Below are positions 21,918 through 31,343 of a stretch of 64,000 nucleotides of DNA, piece by piece. How positions within the stretch are numbered: the first letter of the stretch is position 1; each line of letters begins with the position of its first letter. Both the position numbers and the translations under genes were made by a program. Source of the stretch: an uncultured Thiomicrospira sp. GTDB taxonomy: Bacteria; Pseudomonadota; Gammaproteobacteria; CAKMZV01. The DNA is taken from the NCBI GenBank assembly GCA_965195345.1, contig OZ239628.1, positions 1,792,001-1,856,000 of the forward strand, in the 5' to 3' direction. The notes beneath the pieces were generated by a model. That model did no database searches. It was not told the DNA's origin and saw only the letters and a list, made by a program, of their open reading frames with translations.

Positions 21918-24365
21918 ATGTATTTTTATCGAAAAAAAATAGAAAAGGTTGCCATTTTAGGAACAGGTACGATGGGTTCTCAAATAGCTGCACATTTTGC
22001 CAATGCAGGCATTGATGTCTTGCTCTACGGTATCAAAGATGATCCCATTGGTTGCCCTAAAATTGCCATCAAAAAACTAAGCAAACTTAAGCCCGATCCT
22101 TTTTTCAGCAGTGCATCAAAAAAACTACTAACGCCTCTTACCTACGAAGAAAACCTTGCTAATTTAAGCAGTTGCGATTTAATTATAGAGGCTATTATTG
22201 AAGACGTAATTGCTAAGGTATCGTTATATGACCAAATCACTCCCCACCTTAAAAAAACGGCAATTTTAGCAAGTAATACCAGTGGGCTATCCTTCAAAGA
22301 ACTATCGAAGAACCTCCCTGATGAGCTAAGTAAGCAGTTCTGTGGCATCCACTTTTTCAATCCCCCTCGCTATCTTTCGCTCGTCGAACTCATCCCCACC
22401 AAATCAACCGCCCAATCAACATTAAACTTGCTTGAGGGGTTTTTAACCCAAATCATCGGAAAGCGCGTTGTCATTGCACGCGATACACCGGGGTTCATTG
22501 CTAACCGAATTGGAATATTTTCTATTATGTCCACGCTCTACCATGCAGAACGTTTGGGTATTCCACTCGATACAGTTGATGCTCTAACGGGTACTCGAAT
22601 TGGTCGCTCCAAAAGCGCCACTTGCCGAACCGCTGACATCGTTGGTTTGGACATCATGCAACATGTAGTAGAACACCTGCACAAGAGCACAACAAACGAC
22701 CCTTGGCAAGACTACTTTCGCCTCCCTACTTGGCTGAGTAAATTGATTGAAAGCGGCGAGCTTGGACAGAAAACAAAATCAGGCATTTATAAAAAAACAG
22801 TCGATGGCATTGAAGTGATCGATCCAACCACAGGTGAGCGCCGATTAAGTGATACGAAACGCATTAGCGGCACAGTGAACGGCATATTGAAAGAAAACGG
22901 TGGCATTGCAAAATCGCTGCTGTTACTCGAAAAAAATGACGACCCTCAAGCACAGTTTTTATGGTCCATTCATCGAGACGTTTTCCATTTTTGTGCCTAC
23001 CATTTAGGACATATCGCGAGCAATGCACGTGATGTTGATCTAGCTATATGCAATGGATTCGGTTGGGATAGTGGTCCTTTTGATATTTGGCAAAGCGCTA
23101 ATTGGAGTGCAATCATTAACGCTATAAAAGCCGACATCGCTAATAAAAAGACATTAGCAAACATACCTTTACCTGATTGGACTGAAAATATTACGGGCGC
23201 TTATTCTGCCAAGGGGGCTTACAACCCAATCAGTGATGCTTTTGAAGCGCACTCAACCCATCCTGTGTATAAGCGTCAAATTAGTACTGCCAGCGCACGC
23301 AATGAAACGGTTAAACGATTAGATGTTATTTTAGAAAACGATGATTTCATGCTCTCGGATGGTGGCGACAACATAAGCGTATTATCATTCAAAACAAAAA
23401 TGAACACGATCAATTCTGCTGTGATCGATGGCATCAACAAAGCCATTGACTACGCCGAAGAAAAAAATGGGGCTTTAATTATTTGGCAAAATAACAAGAC
23501 TTTTTGCGCTGGCGCTAACTTGTACGAAGTCCTTACTGCAGTTAAGCTTGGCATGATTGACTCGCCTGCAACGCTTACCAGCAAACTCAAGAAAAAAGCA
23601 TTTGAAACCCTCAATCCGAACCTACCAAAGATTCAAAACCTACAAGATGTCTCCTCAGTCATCAAAGCGTTGCAAGATGTGCATATGCGCCTAAAGCACT
23701 CAAAAATCCCAACCATTGCTGCCGTACAAGGTCTTGCTTTGGGTGGAGGTTGCGAGCTCATAGTGCATTGCAATCGCGTTGTTGCACATCATGAGAGCTA
23801 TATTGGTCTTGTGGAAATTGGCATCGGCATTCTCCCTGCTGGTGCAGGAACTAAAGAGATGGCATTGCGTGCCGCACAGCATGGAAAAACAAAGCACCTG
23901 TTTGATTATTTAGCACAATACTTTGAGCAGATAGCGATGGCAAAAGTCAGCACATCTGCTACTCAAGCGCGCGAATTTGGTTATTTGCATGAAACCGATG
24001 TCCTCATTGCCCATCCTGATGAATTATTCTACGTAGCAAAAATTCAAGCACTGAGTATGCTCGAGAGCGATTTTCAAGCGCCAAAAGATGAGCCTTTTCA
24101 GGTTGCTGGCATAGGCGGCTACGCCAATTTCATGGCAAAAATGGTTAATTTTCATAGCGGTGGATACATAAGCGACCATGATTTTTTATGCGCCAAGACC
24201 ACCGCAAACGTCCTATGTGGGGGACCAGTTGAAAGCAATGATTATGTTTGTGCTCAATGGATTCTTGATTTAGAGCGCCAAGCCATTTGCGAATTATTGC
24301 ATAATCCTCTTACTCAAAATCGCATCGAACATATTTTGAAAACAGGAAAACCCCTTAGGAATTAA
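21918..24365 (+). CDS. 3-hydroxyacyl-CoA dehydrogenase/enoyl-CoA hydratase (FadN-type domain order)
   Basis: GTGTMG Rossmann fold, SNTSG, HFFNPPRY, C-terminal crotonase domain GGGCE...GLVE, ending GKPLRN. Confidence 0.93.
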   Translation: MYFYRKKIEKVAILGTGTMGSQIAAHFANAGIDVLLYGIKDDPIGCPKIAIKKLSKLKPDPFFSSASKKLLTPLTYEENLANLSSCDLIIEAIIEDVIAKVSLYDQITPHLKKTAILASNTSGLSFKELSKNLPDELSKQFCGIHFFNPPRYLSLVELIPTKSTAQSTLNLLEGFLTQIIGKRVVIARDTPGFIANRIGIFSIMSTLYHAERLGIPLDTVDALTGTRIGRSKSATCRTADIVGLDIMQHVVEHLHKSTTNDPWQDYFRLPTWLSKLIESGELGQKTKSGIYKKTVDGIEVIDPTTGERRLSDTKRISGTVNGILKENGGIAKSLLLLEKNDDPQAQFLWSIHRDVFHFCAYHLGHIASNARDVDLAICNGFGWDSGPFDIWQSANWSAIINAIKADIANKKTLANIPLPDWTENITGAYSAKGAYNPISDAFEAHSTHPVYKRQISTASARNETVKRLDVILENDDFMLSDGGDNISVLSFKTKMNTINSAVIDGINKAIDYAEEKNGALIIWQNNKTFCAGANLYEVLTAVKLGMIDSPATLTSKLKKKAFETLNPNLPKIQNLQDVSSVIKALQDVHMRLKHSKIPTIAAVQGLALGGGCELIVHCNRVVAHHESYIGLVEIGIGILPAGAGTKEMALRAAQHGKTKHLFDYLAQYFEQIAMAKVSTSATQAREFGYLHETDVLIAHPDELFYVAKIQALSMLESDFQAPKDEPFQVAGIGGYANFMAKMVNFHSGGYISDHDFLCAKTTANVLCGGPVESNDYVCAQWILDLERQAICELLHNPLTQNRIEHILKTGKPLRN

Positions 24366-24367
24366 CT

Positions 24368-25546
24368 ATGCACACAGCTTACATTATTGACGCCATTCGC
24401 ACTCCTGTCGGCAAACGTAACGGTGTCCTTGCCTCAGTACGCCCAGACGATATGTTTGCCCATTGTTTGACCCAAATAATTCAGCGTAACCCTACCATCG
24501 ACATCAATCGTATTGAAGATGTCATCGTAGGTTGTGCCATGCCAGAAGGACCGCAAGGTCTTAATGTGGCACGTATTTCTGCCTTGCTTGCAGGTCTCCC
24601 CGAAACTGTTTCTGGTATGACCATCAATCGATTCTGCTCTTCTGGAATACAGTCTGTAGCACTCGCGGCTGATCGCATCCGCCTTGGTGAGGCTGATTTA
24701 ATGCTGGCAGGTGGTACCGAAAGCATGAGCCAAATACCGATGATGGGTAACAATATTTCCATCAACCTTCGAGCTAGTGAGGATGAACATGTAGGCATCG
24801 CCTACGGCATGGGACTTACCGCTGAAAAAGTAGCAAAAATGTACGATATTTCGCGCAGTGATCAAGATACTTTTGCTCTTCGCAGCAACCAAAGAGCATG
24901 TCAAGCGCATTCAGACGGTGCGTTTAATGAAGAGATAGCACCTGTTACCATTAAATATAACAAAGTAGAAGACGGTATTCTACAAGCTAAAGAGTATGTC
25001 GTAGAGCACGATCAAGGACCTCGCTGCGATACATCTCTCGCAGCACTGGCAAAGCTCAAACCTGTTTTTGCAAAAAATGGATCGGTTACTGCAGGCAACA
25101 GTTCACAAATGTCAGATGGCGCGGCTGCAATATTACTTGCCAGTGAACAAGCTGTGCGCGATTTCAATCTCAAACCTAAAGCCATTTTTCATGGCTATTC
25201 AGTTGCAGGAGTTCCTCCTGAAATAATGGGTATTGGTCCTGTAAAAGCCATACCAAAAGTACTTAAATTAACCGGTTACAGCATAAATGATTTCGATTGG
25301 ATCGAGCTCAATGAGGCTTTCGCTGCGCAAAGTCTCGCTGTTATTCGTGAATTAGGGTTAGATGAAGAAAAAGTTAATCCGCAAGGAGGAGCTATTGCAT
25401 TGGGGCATCCTTTAGGAGCAACTGGTGCCATCCGTTTAGCTACTCTGATTTCTGCCATGCAGCGACGTAATCAGTGCCGTCTTGGAATGGTCACTATGTG
25501 CATTGGCACTGGGATGGGTGCAGCGGGCGTCATTGAGAAGATTTAA
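24368..25546 (+). CDS. fadA: Acetyl-CoA C-acyltransferase (thiolase)
   Basis: [28 protein letters not shown]; coupled to the upstream fad genes. Confidence 0.93.
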   Translation: MHTAYIIDAIRTPVGKRNGVLASVRPDDMFAHCLTQIIQRNPTIDINRIEDVIVGCAMPEGPQGLNVARISALLAGLPETVSGMTINRFCSSGIQSVALAADRIRLGEADLMLAGGTESMSQIPMMGNNISINLRASEDEHVGIAYGMGLTAEKVAKMYDISRSDQDTFALRSNQRACQAHSDGAFNEEIAPVTIKYNKVEDGILQAKEYVVEHDQGPRCDTSLAALAKLKPVFAKNGSVTAGNSSQMSDGAAAILLASEQAVRDFNLKPKAIFHGYSVAGVPPEIMGIGPVKAIPKVLKLTGYSINDFDWIELNEAFAAQSLAVIRELGLDEEKVNPQGGAIALGHPLGATGAIRLATLISAMQRRNQCRLGMVTMCIGTGMGAAGVIEKI

Positions 25547-25810
25547 ATACACACCGCTAAAGGCAAATCGCGCAACATCTTCCCCGCTCGCTGCGCGTCT
25601 TGTTAAAGGTCTATACGGAAAGTGTAACCTATTTTTCTGCATAAATAGGTCTGCTCAAACTCTAACAGCTTTGATTATTGCGTAGCAGAGAGAGTATCGG
25701 TTTTTTAGTACCGCCTGTTTCAGCGCTATTTCCGTGATGTAGGGTTTGCGTAATTAGATTCTCGTTCGCATGCAAATGTCTATTGCAGCCCATTGTTGTA
25801 CATCACTTCA

Positions 25811-26032
25811 CTATGCCCATCGAACTAAACCGATCACGGCCGATGTCGCATAAAAGAACTGCAGCAACAAAAATGCCCATCGACTATCAATAATTGCCCA
25901 TGCGGCGAAAAGCCCTGAGGATAATAGTAGTAGCGAAAAGCCCAGAATTTCGTTTCCCGTATTTGATGCAATAAGGAGTGCATATACGATTGCGAGCACC
26001 GAGCCAGCAATTTCAAATATCGTAGTACGCAT
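25811..26032 (-). CDS. Small hypothetical membrane protein (73 aa, ~3 TM helices)
   Basis: MRTTIFEIAGSVLAIVYALLIASN...GFSLLLLSSGLFAAWA...FLLLQFFYATSAVIGLVRWA; start ATG 26032 chosen, longer starts possible. Confidence 0.65.
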   Translation of the reverse strand: MRTTIFEIAGSVLAIVYALLIASNTGNEILGFSLLLLSSGLFAAWAIIDSRWAFLLLQFFYATSAVIGLVRWA

Positions 26033-26306
26033 GCGTTTTGTCACTGGTGAAATACCTTGGTTCTTCATTCCCGAATTATAACTGCGCATCCACAATCAGA
26101 TCGGATCAAAAAAGTGCTCATACTGATGAGCAAAAGTTTATCATGGTACTTAATTGTATACTATTGTGTTACTTTACATACAGCGTACGATTCAAATTCT
26201 GTTTAGCAACAGCCGATGATTTTATTGACTATCAATTACGCCTATGACAGAGAGGACGTATATTTTCTTTAAAATTTAATATCTGGTAGTTCATGATTAC
26301 CCACTT

Positions 26307-26360
26307 GTCTAACGCTTAAATTAGGTGTGCCGTAGGTTCATCTGAATTTACTTGCTATGT
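26307..26360 (-). mobile_element. Integron-type attC site (59-base element)
   Basis: Minus strand ACATAGC-AAG-TAAATTCAGATG-AACCTACGGCA-CACCTAATTTA-AGC-GTTAGAC. R'' overlaps the DMT stop codon (AAC core is AGC here), the arms pair with one unpaired base, and R' is a perfect GTTRRRY. Confidence 0.75.
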
Positions 26361-27218
26361 TTTTTTAGGAAAATTTTTCTCGTAATATGACTTCCCTAAA
26401 ATCACAGTCAGTATACCCCCAAATATGATCACCGATGCTAAGGTCAATCGCATAGTGATTGCTTCACCAACGAACAATGATCCTCCCACCGCAGCAAATA
26501 CAGGAACTAAAAGCTGCACTACAGCAGCTTGGACTGCTGTAAGTTTGCCCAATGCAATGTACCAAATAGTATATCCAATGCCAGAAGTTAGACCTCCCGC
26601 CAAAATGGCAAGGAAGATTCCTTTCAAAGACAAAGAAGAAGATTCGATTGTGAGCATTGTCAATAGAATAAGAAGCGGTAATGTACGCATAAAGTTGAAC
26701 ATAGTTTCACTTAAAGGGTTCGTGGATTTTTTACCTGCTAATGTGTAAAAGCCCCACGCGACACCAGACAATGACATAAGAATTAATCCACTGACTGAAG
26801 GCGTGGATACAGTTGGTAACACTAAATAGATAAAGCCCAAAAAAGCCACTACGACACCTATCCATTCAACAAGATGAATTTTCTTTCCTGAAAGAAAACT
26901 AACAAGCAGCATTGTTATTTGGACTGATGTAAAAAGAATTAATGCACCAGTTCCAGTTTCTAAAGTGATATATCCATACGAGAATGTAATGGCATAAATG
27001 AATAACATGAACGAAGCACTCCAGCTTCCTTTCGATATTTTTTTAGGGCTGGGGTTTATTAGTTTATATATGACAATTAGAGTAATAATCCCTGATAAAA
27101 GACGAATCGATGTGAAACTGGCAGCGTCAATTTCATTTCCATCTAAAGCTATTCTGCATAGAATAGAATTTCCAGCAAAAGCAATAAGAGAAACTGCTGT
27201 AAATAGAATTGCTTTCAT
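26355..27218 (-). CDS. DMT/EamA family transporter (probable gene cassette)
   Basis: About 10 TM helices in two EamA repeats (AFAGNSILCR, SGIGYTIWY, QLLVPV); flanked by attC-like sites. Confidence 0.9.
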   Translation of the reverse strand: MKAILFTAVSLIAFAGNSILCRIALDGNEIDAASFTSIRLLSGIITLIVIYKLINPSPKKISKGSWSASFMLFIYAITFSYGYITLETGTGALILFTSVQITMLLVSFLSGKKIHLVEWIGVVVAFLGFIYLVLPTVSTPSVSGLILMSLSGVAWGFYTLAGKKSTNPLSETMFNFMRTLPLLILLTMLTIESSSLSLKGIFLAILAGGLTSGIGYTIWYIALGKLTAVQAAVVQLLVPVFAAVGGSLFVGEAITMRLTLASVIIFGGILTVILGKSYYEKNFPKKT

Positions 27219-27248
27219 TATTATTAATTACTATGATACTGATCGAAA

Positions 27249-27299
27249 ACGTAACGACAAGGATAATCCACGCCGTTGAGTGCATCCATTTTTTTATAC
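27249..27299 (-). mobile_element. Degenerate attC-like site
   Basis: Minus strand GTATAAA-AAAATGGATGCACTCAACGGCGTGGATTATCCTTGTC-GTTACGT. Begins at the stop of the upstream ORF, GGAT/ATCC arms, GTT core just upstream of the DMT gene. Confidence 0.5.
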
Positions 27300-27770
27300 T
27301 GCAATGTGCATTTCATTAGAGTTCTGATCATAATCTGTAATCTTTAAGGTTCGTGTTTTAAACACCACCTTTACAATTTCAGTCAAACATATTTTCTCAA
27401 CAGGAAGATAGATAACTTCCTGCGTTTGAGATTCGAGTTCAAATTTGAATACTTTCCCTGCTTCCATAGACTTCTTATTTGTAGAAAAAATCATACTCTC
27501 TCTAAAATCGATTTTTGTTCACTGGATAGCTTTCCTAACTATACAACCCCACTGTACGTTTTCAGTAGCAAATTCTTCAGGTACTTCTATCCATTTTACT
27601 TTTCTTGCATGACCTAAATCATATTTTTGAAATTCCTCACCAAGTTCTTTGGATTGTCATTCAAATATGGTTTATGCAATTCCCTCCTATTAGTGAGCTC
27701 TCCATACATTTCTTAAATGTAGCATAGCCGCCCTAGAGTGCGTTTCCATTGAGACTTTCCAAGTAGGCAT
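27294..27770 (-). pseudogene. Decayed cassette-like ORF
   Basis: ATG 27770 is in frame with the 66-aa ORF 27294-27494 but five in-frame stops intervene; protein-like segment ELGEEFQKYDLGHARKVKWIEVPEEFA. Confidence 0.45.
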
Positions 27771-27894
27771 AATTGTTTTAATTTATATCAATTTCGCTTG
27801 TAATGCGAAATGATTAATCGTAGCACTTACTATGATCTACACATAGCGTATGATTTAGATTCTTTTTAATAACCCAATAGGTAACAATTTTGGT

Positions 27895-28905
27895 TTAAGT
27901 GAGCAGTTCTAATATATTCCTATCCAACGCCGCCTCGAAACCTTTATCATTACCGGGATTCGCCGCACAATGTCCCCATACGGAGTTATATGGTCGAAAC
28001 TTTACATTTGGTATGTGTATGGCTTCAAAAGCATTATCTTCTGGCGGGAAGTAGAGATCGTGTTGACAAGGCATCAATATTGTTTTGGCTTTTATAGACG
28101 CTAATGCTTTGACAAAATTATTATCGTATGACTTGCTTATATCTGCGTTTTGCCATGTTGCTAATTTAGTCAATAAATTGTTAGCGTCCCAATTTGCGAC
28201 ATGATCATCCTCCCAATCCACTAACAATTCTTCAATCGAGTTAAAGCCCAGTTGTTGAAATAGTTTTTCTCGATAGAAACTTTGCGAAAAAGCCCAACCC
28301 GCGTACACTCGAGCAAAAGCCTTTAAACCTGCAACTGGAGGTGTGTCGTATTCCCCTTGATTGAAGGTTTGATCCGCACACAATGCAGCTTTAACGCCCT
28401 CTAAAAATACGAAGTTATGACGTGAAGTTTTTGCTGAAGCACAAAATGGCAAGATTGCCTTCACCATGTGCGGGTATTGAACCGCCCATTGATAGGCTTG
28501 ACAGCCTGCCATCGACCAACCAGCAACTAATGCAATGCTTTCTACAGCTAATTTCTCAGTGAGCAATCTGTATTGACAGAAAACATTATCCCACAAGCTT
28601 ATTTTTGGGAAAAGTGAGTTCTGTTGGGATGGGATTGTGTTATTCGGTGATGTTGATAGACCGTTGCCAAATAAATTAACCGAAATAATAAAATGTTTTT
28701 TTGGATTAATTGCCCGATCCTCTCCAAAAAAGCCCTCATTTCTATAATGATTCCCCGTATAAAATGTTGGCAAAAGTATGACGTTGTCCTTCTTTGGTGA
28801 TAAATCCCCGTAGGTTTTGTACGCCAACTGTGCTTGATGTAACGTTTCACCCGAAGTTAGTTCAACATCGCCTAATAGGAATAATTCATAATCGTTTTTC
28901 TTCAT
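27895..28905 (-). CDS. Alpha/beta hydrolase, homoserine O-acetyltransferase (MetX)-like family
   Basis: LAYKTYG, GNGLSTSP, GWSMAG nucleophile elbow, DLYF, WGH catalytic triad positions. Confidence 0.85.
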   Translation of the reverse strand: MKKNDYELFLLGDVELTSGETLHQAQLAYKTYGDLSPKKDNVILLPTFYTGNHYRNEGFFGEDRAINPKKHFIISVNLFGNGLSTSPNNTIPSQQNSLFPKISLWDNVFCQYRLLTEKLAVESIALVAGWSMAGCQAYQWAVQYPHMVKAILPFCASAKTSRHNFVFLEGVKAALCADQTFNQGEYDTPPVAGLKAFARVYAGWAFSQSFYREKLFQQLGFNSIEELLVDWEDDHVANWDANNLLTKLATWQNADISKSYDNNFVKALASIKAKTILMPCQHDLYFPPEDNAFEAIHIPNVKFRPYNSVWGHCAANPGNDKGFEAALDRNILELLT

Positions 28906-29348
28906 GGTGCTTCTGCATTGTTTATCTTAACTGTATTTCTTTAATTAAGCATATTTTTTGTCATATGCTCAATGTGGATTAGTTCATGGAGAGCCTCTAA
29001 TCTCAACAAATATTTCAACGTTCTTTAACTCACATTACCCACACTCTTGAAGGAGGACGATAATAAGCGGAGAATATTCATTGTACTGATAATTTTATTT
29101 CTTAATATACGAAAAGAATACATCCTTAACACAGCATAATGCTTTCATTAAATAGACAAATTGAGATATTTAAGGGAATGGGAAAATAATTCAAAAAAAA
29201 TCAAGAAATGATTTTAAATCCGTGATAGCATTATTTACATGTTTCACATAGATAATTTATTAGATATGTTGAACAAGATTACAGCACTTTAAAAAGCAAG
29301 CGTTTTTCATGCTTACCTTATGAGTTTCTTTTTATAAATAGAGGGATA

Positions 29349-30461
29349 ATGATTATACAAGACATGCTCCAGTCATTAGAAACATGGGCAGATGATAAAA
29401 ACAATCTGAAAAAAGGGCTTCCTTCTTTTGTGTATACTAGCAAAGAATTCTGGGATCTTGAATGCAAAACTCTTTTCAGACAAAATTGGATATGCGTTGG
29501 CTTTGCTCACGAGTTAAAAGAAACGGGTGATGTTATTCCAGTTGTTGTTGGCAATCAATCCCTTATATTAGTCAAGAATACTCAAGGGAAAGTGGTCGCT
29601 TTTCACAATGTTTGCCGCCATAGGTGTTTACATTTAGTGGACCAACCAAAAAATGTAGGTAAGCTCATACGTTGCCCCTACCATGCTTGGGCGTATAACT
29701 TGGACGGAGCGTTGCGTAGTTCTCCTCATTTTGGTGGCACAGACAATCATAATCCAGAAGGATTTGATCCAGAAGAATTTGGCTTAATTCCAGTAAGAAC
29801 ACACGTGTGGCATGATTGGATATTCGTTAATTTAGATGGCAATGCCCCAGATTTTGAAGAGTATTCAACCCCTTTAGCCAATCGCCTTCAAGGAGTGAAC
29901 TGGGATAAAACCCAGCATATAGCAACGCTTGATTTTGGTGAAATAGCAACGAATTGGAAGTTCATTATGGAGAACTTCATTGAACCATATCATGTACAGT
30001 TTGTTCATCGCTCAACAACAAGTCAACCACTGGAAGATCACTATACTGTGGTGGATGGTGCGTGTTTGGGCAGTTCAATCGACATGCAAGAAGAAGCTGG
30101 TGTTAAGGGCAGTTTAGCCGTTAGTTCTCGGTATTTAACATTATTCCCTAATTTTATTATTGGAAGATACTTTCCAGATCAGCTAGGTGTATATCTAAAT
30201 ATCCCTTTAGGTCCAAATCGTATGGCGCAAAAAAGAGCGATTTATAGCACTGAAGGACAAACTTTGACCCATGAAGAGGTTGATAATTTAAAGACACTTT
30301 GGTGGGATGTGCACCGAGAAGATCATGTTATTTGCGAGCGGATGCAAATTGGTCGAAATTCATCCGTTTCTGACAGTGGTGGTGTTTTATCGCCACACTG
30401 GGAAGACAGCGTCAGGGCTTTTGAAGAACTAATAGTTCAAAGCGTCAACAATAATCCTTAA
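29349..30461 (+). CDS. Rieske non-heme iron oxygenase alpha subunit (choline monooxygenase/CntA-like group)
   Basis: CRH...CPYH Rieske motif; NWK..ENFIEPYHVQFVH iron motif with bridging Glu; late ED ligand; GAGG RBS. Confidence 0.9.
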   Translation: MIIQDMLQSLETWADDKNNLKKGLPSFVYTSKEFWDLECKTLFRQNWICVGFAHELKETGDVIPVVVGNQSLILVKNTQGKVVAFHNVCRHRCLHLVDQPKNVGKLIRCPYHAWAYNLDGALRSSPHFGGTDNHNPEGFDPEEFGLIPVRTHVWHDWIFVNLDGNAPDFEEYSTPLANRLQGVNWDKTQHIATLDFGEIATNWKFIMENFIEPYHVQFVHRSTTSQPLEDHYTVVDGACLGSSIDMQEEAGVKGSLAVSSRYLTLFPNFIIGRYFPDQLGVYLNIPLGPNRMAQKRAIYSTEGQTLTHEEVDNLKTLWWDVHREDHVICERMQIGRNSSVSDSGGVLSPHWEDSVRAFEELIVQSVNNNP

Positions 30462-30489
30462 AAACATACGAACAAGGAGTCGAACAAAT

Positions 30490-30921
30490 ATGAATCAAAA
30501 CAATAATAAATACAACTTCCGTCTTGCCCACACAATGATACGGGTTCTTGATTTAGAAAAATCTTTGCATTTTTATTGCGACCTGCTTGGTATGCAAGTG
30601 CAACGACGTACTGATTACCCAGCAGGACGCTTTACCAATACGTTTATCGGCTATGGAGCAGAAGCAGAGTTTCCTTGCTTAGAGTTAACTCATAATTGGG
30701 ATCAAGAAGCGCCTTACGAAAAAGGAAATGGTTGGGGGCATATTTGTATTGAAACACCCGATGTATATAAATCTTGCGAAGAACTCGTTAGAATTGGCGT
30801 TGAATTCATAAGCCCTCCCAAGCCTATGAATGCCGGCACAAGAATTCTTGCATTCTGTAAAGATCCCGACGGTTATATTATTGAATTAAATGAATCTATA
30901 AATAAGGAGAAACATGACTAA
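30490..30921 (+). CDS. Lactoylglutathione lyase (glyoxalase I)-like VOC protein
   Basis: HTMIRV, LELTHNW, GHI, DPDGYIIEL metal-ligand pattern; AAGGAG RBS. Confidence 0.88.
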   Translation: MNQNNNKYNFRLAHTMIRVLDLEKSLHFYCDLLGMQVQRRTDYPAGRFTNTFIGYGAEAEFPCLELTHNWDQEAPYEKGNGWGHICIETPDVYKSCEELVRIGVEFISPPKPMNAGTRILAFCKDPDGYIIELNESINKEKHD

Positions 30922-31315
30922 CACCCCTCAATTGTTTAAATTTACTGAAATTGAGCATCGCTTACAAACATTAGAACCTGGAAAGTCCTACATCAAACCC
31001 TTTGTCACTAGCAAAATAAGTAACACAATGTGTGGAGGCCTTAACTTCCTCAATAAAGTCTCTGTCCCTTGGCGCTTAACTTGCGATGAAATCATTTATT
31101 GCATGGAAGGAACATTCCGTTTAACTTGTAACGGTGAGTCGTATATTTGCAATCCTGGTGATGTTTTGTATATTCCAAAAGATAATGATATTGCTTACGA
31201 ATGCGACGAAAAATGTGTGATTTTTTACGCTGCCTATCCCCACGATTGGAAACAACAAGCTGGCATCACGTTTGTGCCCGGAATTGATCCAGAGGACATG
31301 CCACAACCAGAATAG
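30914..31315 (+). CDS. EutQ-like cupin protein
   Basis: MCGG...WRLTCDEIIYCMEG...PGDVLYIPKD...YAAYPHDW matches the EutQ/cupin_3 pattern; overlaps the upstream gene. Confidence 0.75.
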   Translation: MTNTPQLFKFTEIEHRLQTLEPGKSYIKPFVTSKISNTMCGGLNFLNKVSVPWRLTCDEIIYCMEGTFRLTCNGESYICNPGDVLYIPKDNDIAYECDEKCVIFYAAYPHDWKQQAGITFVPGIDPEDMPQPE

Positions 31316-31343
31316 TTCAACATTATTTTTACGGAGTATTGAT

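Noticed and set aside
28906-29348. Riboswitch (SAM or glycine type) upstream of the MetX-like gene
   Set aside because: No conserved riboswitch core recognised by eye; an Rfam scan would be needed
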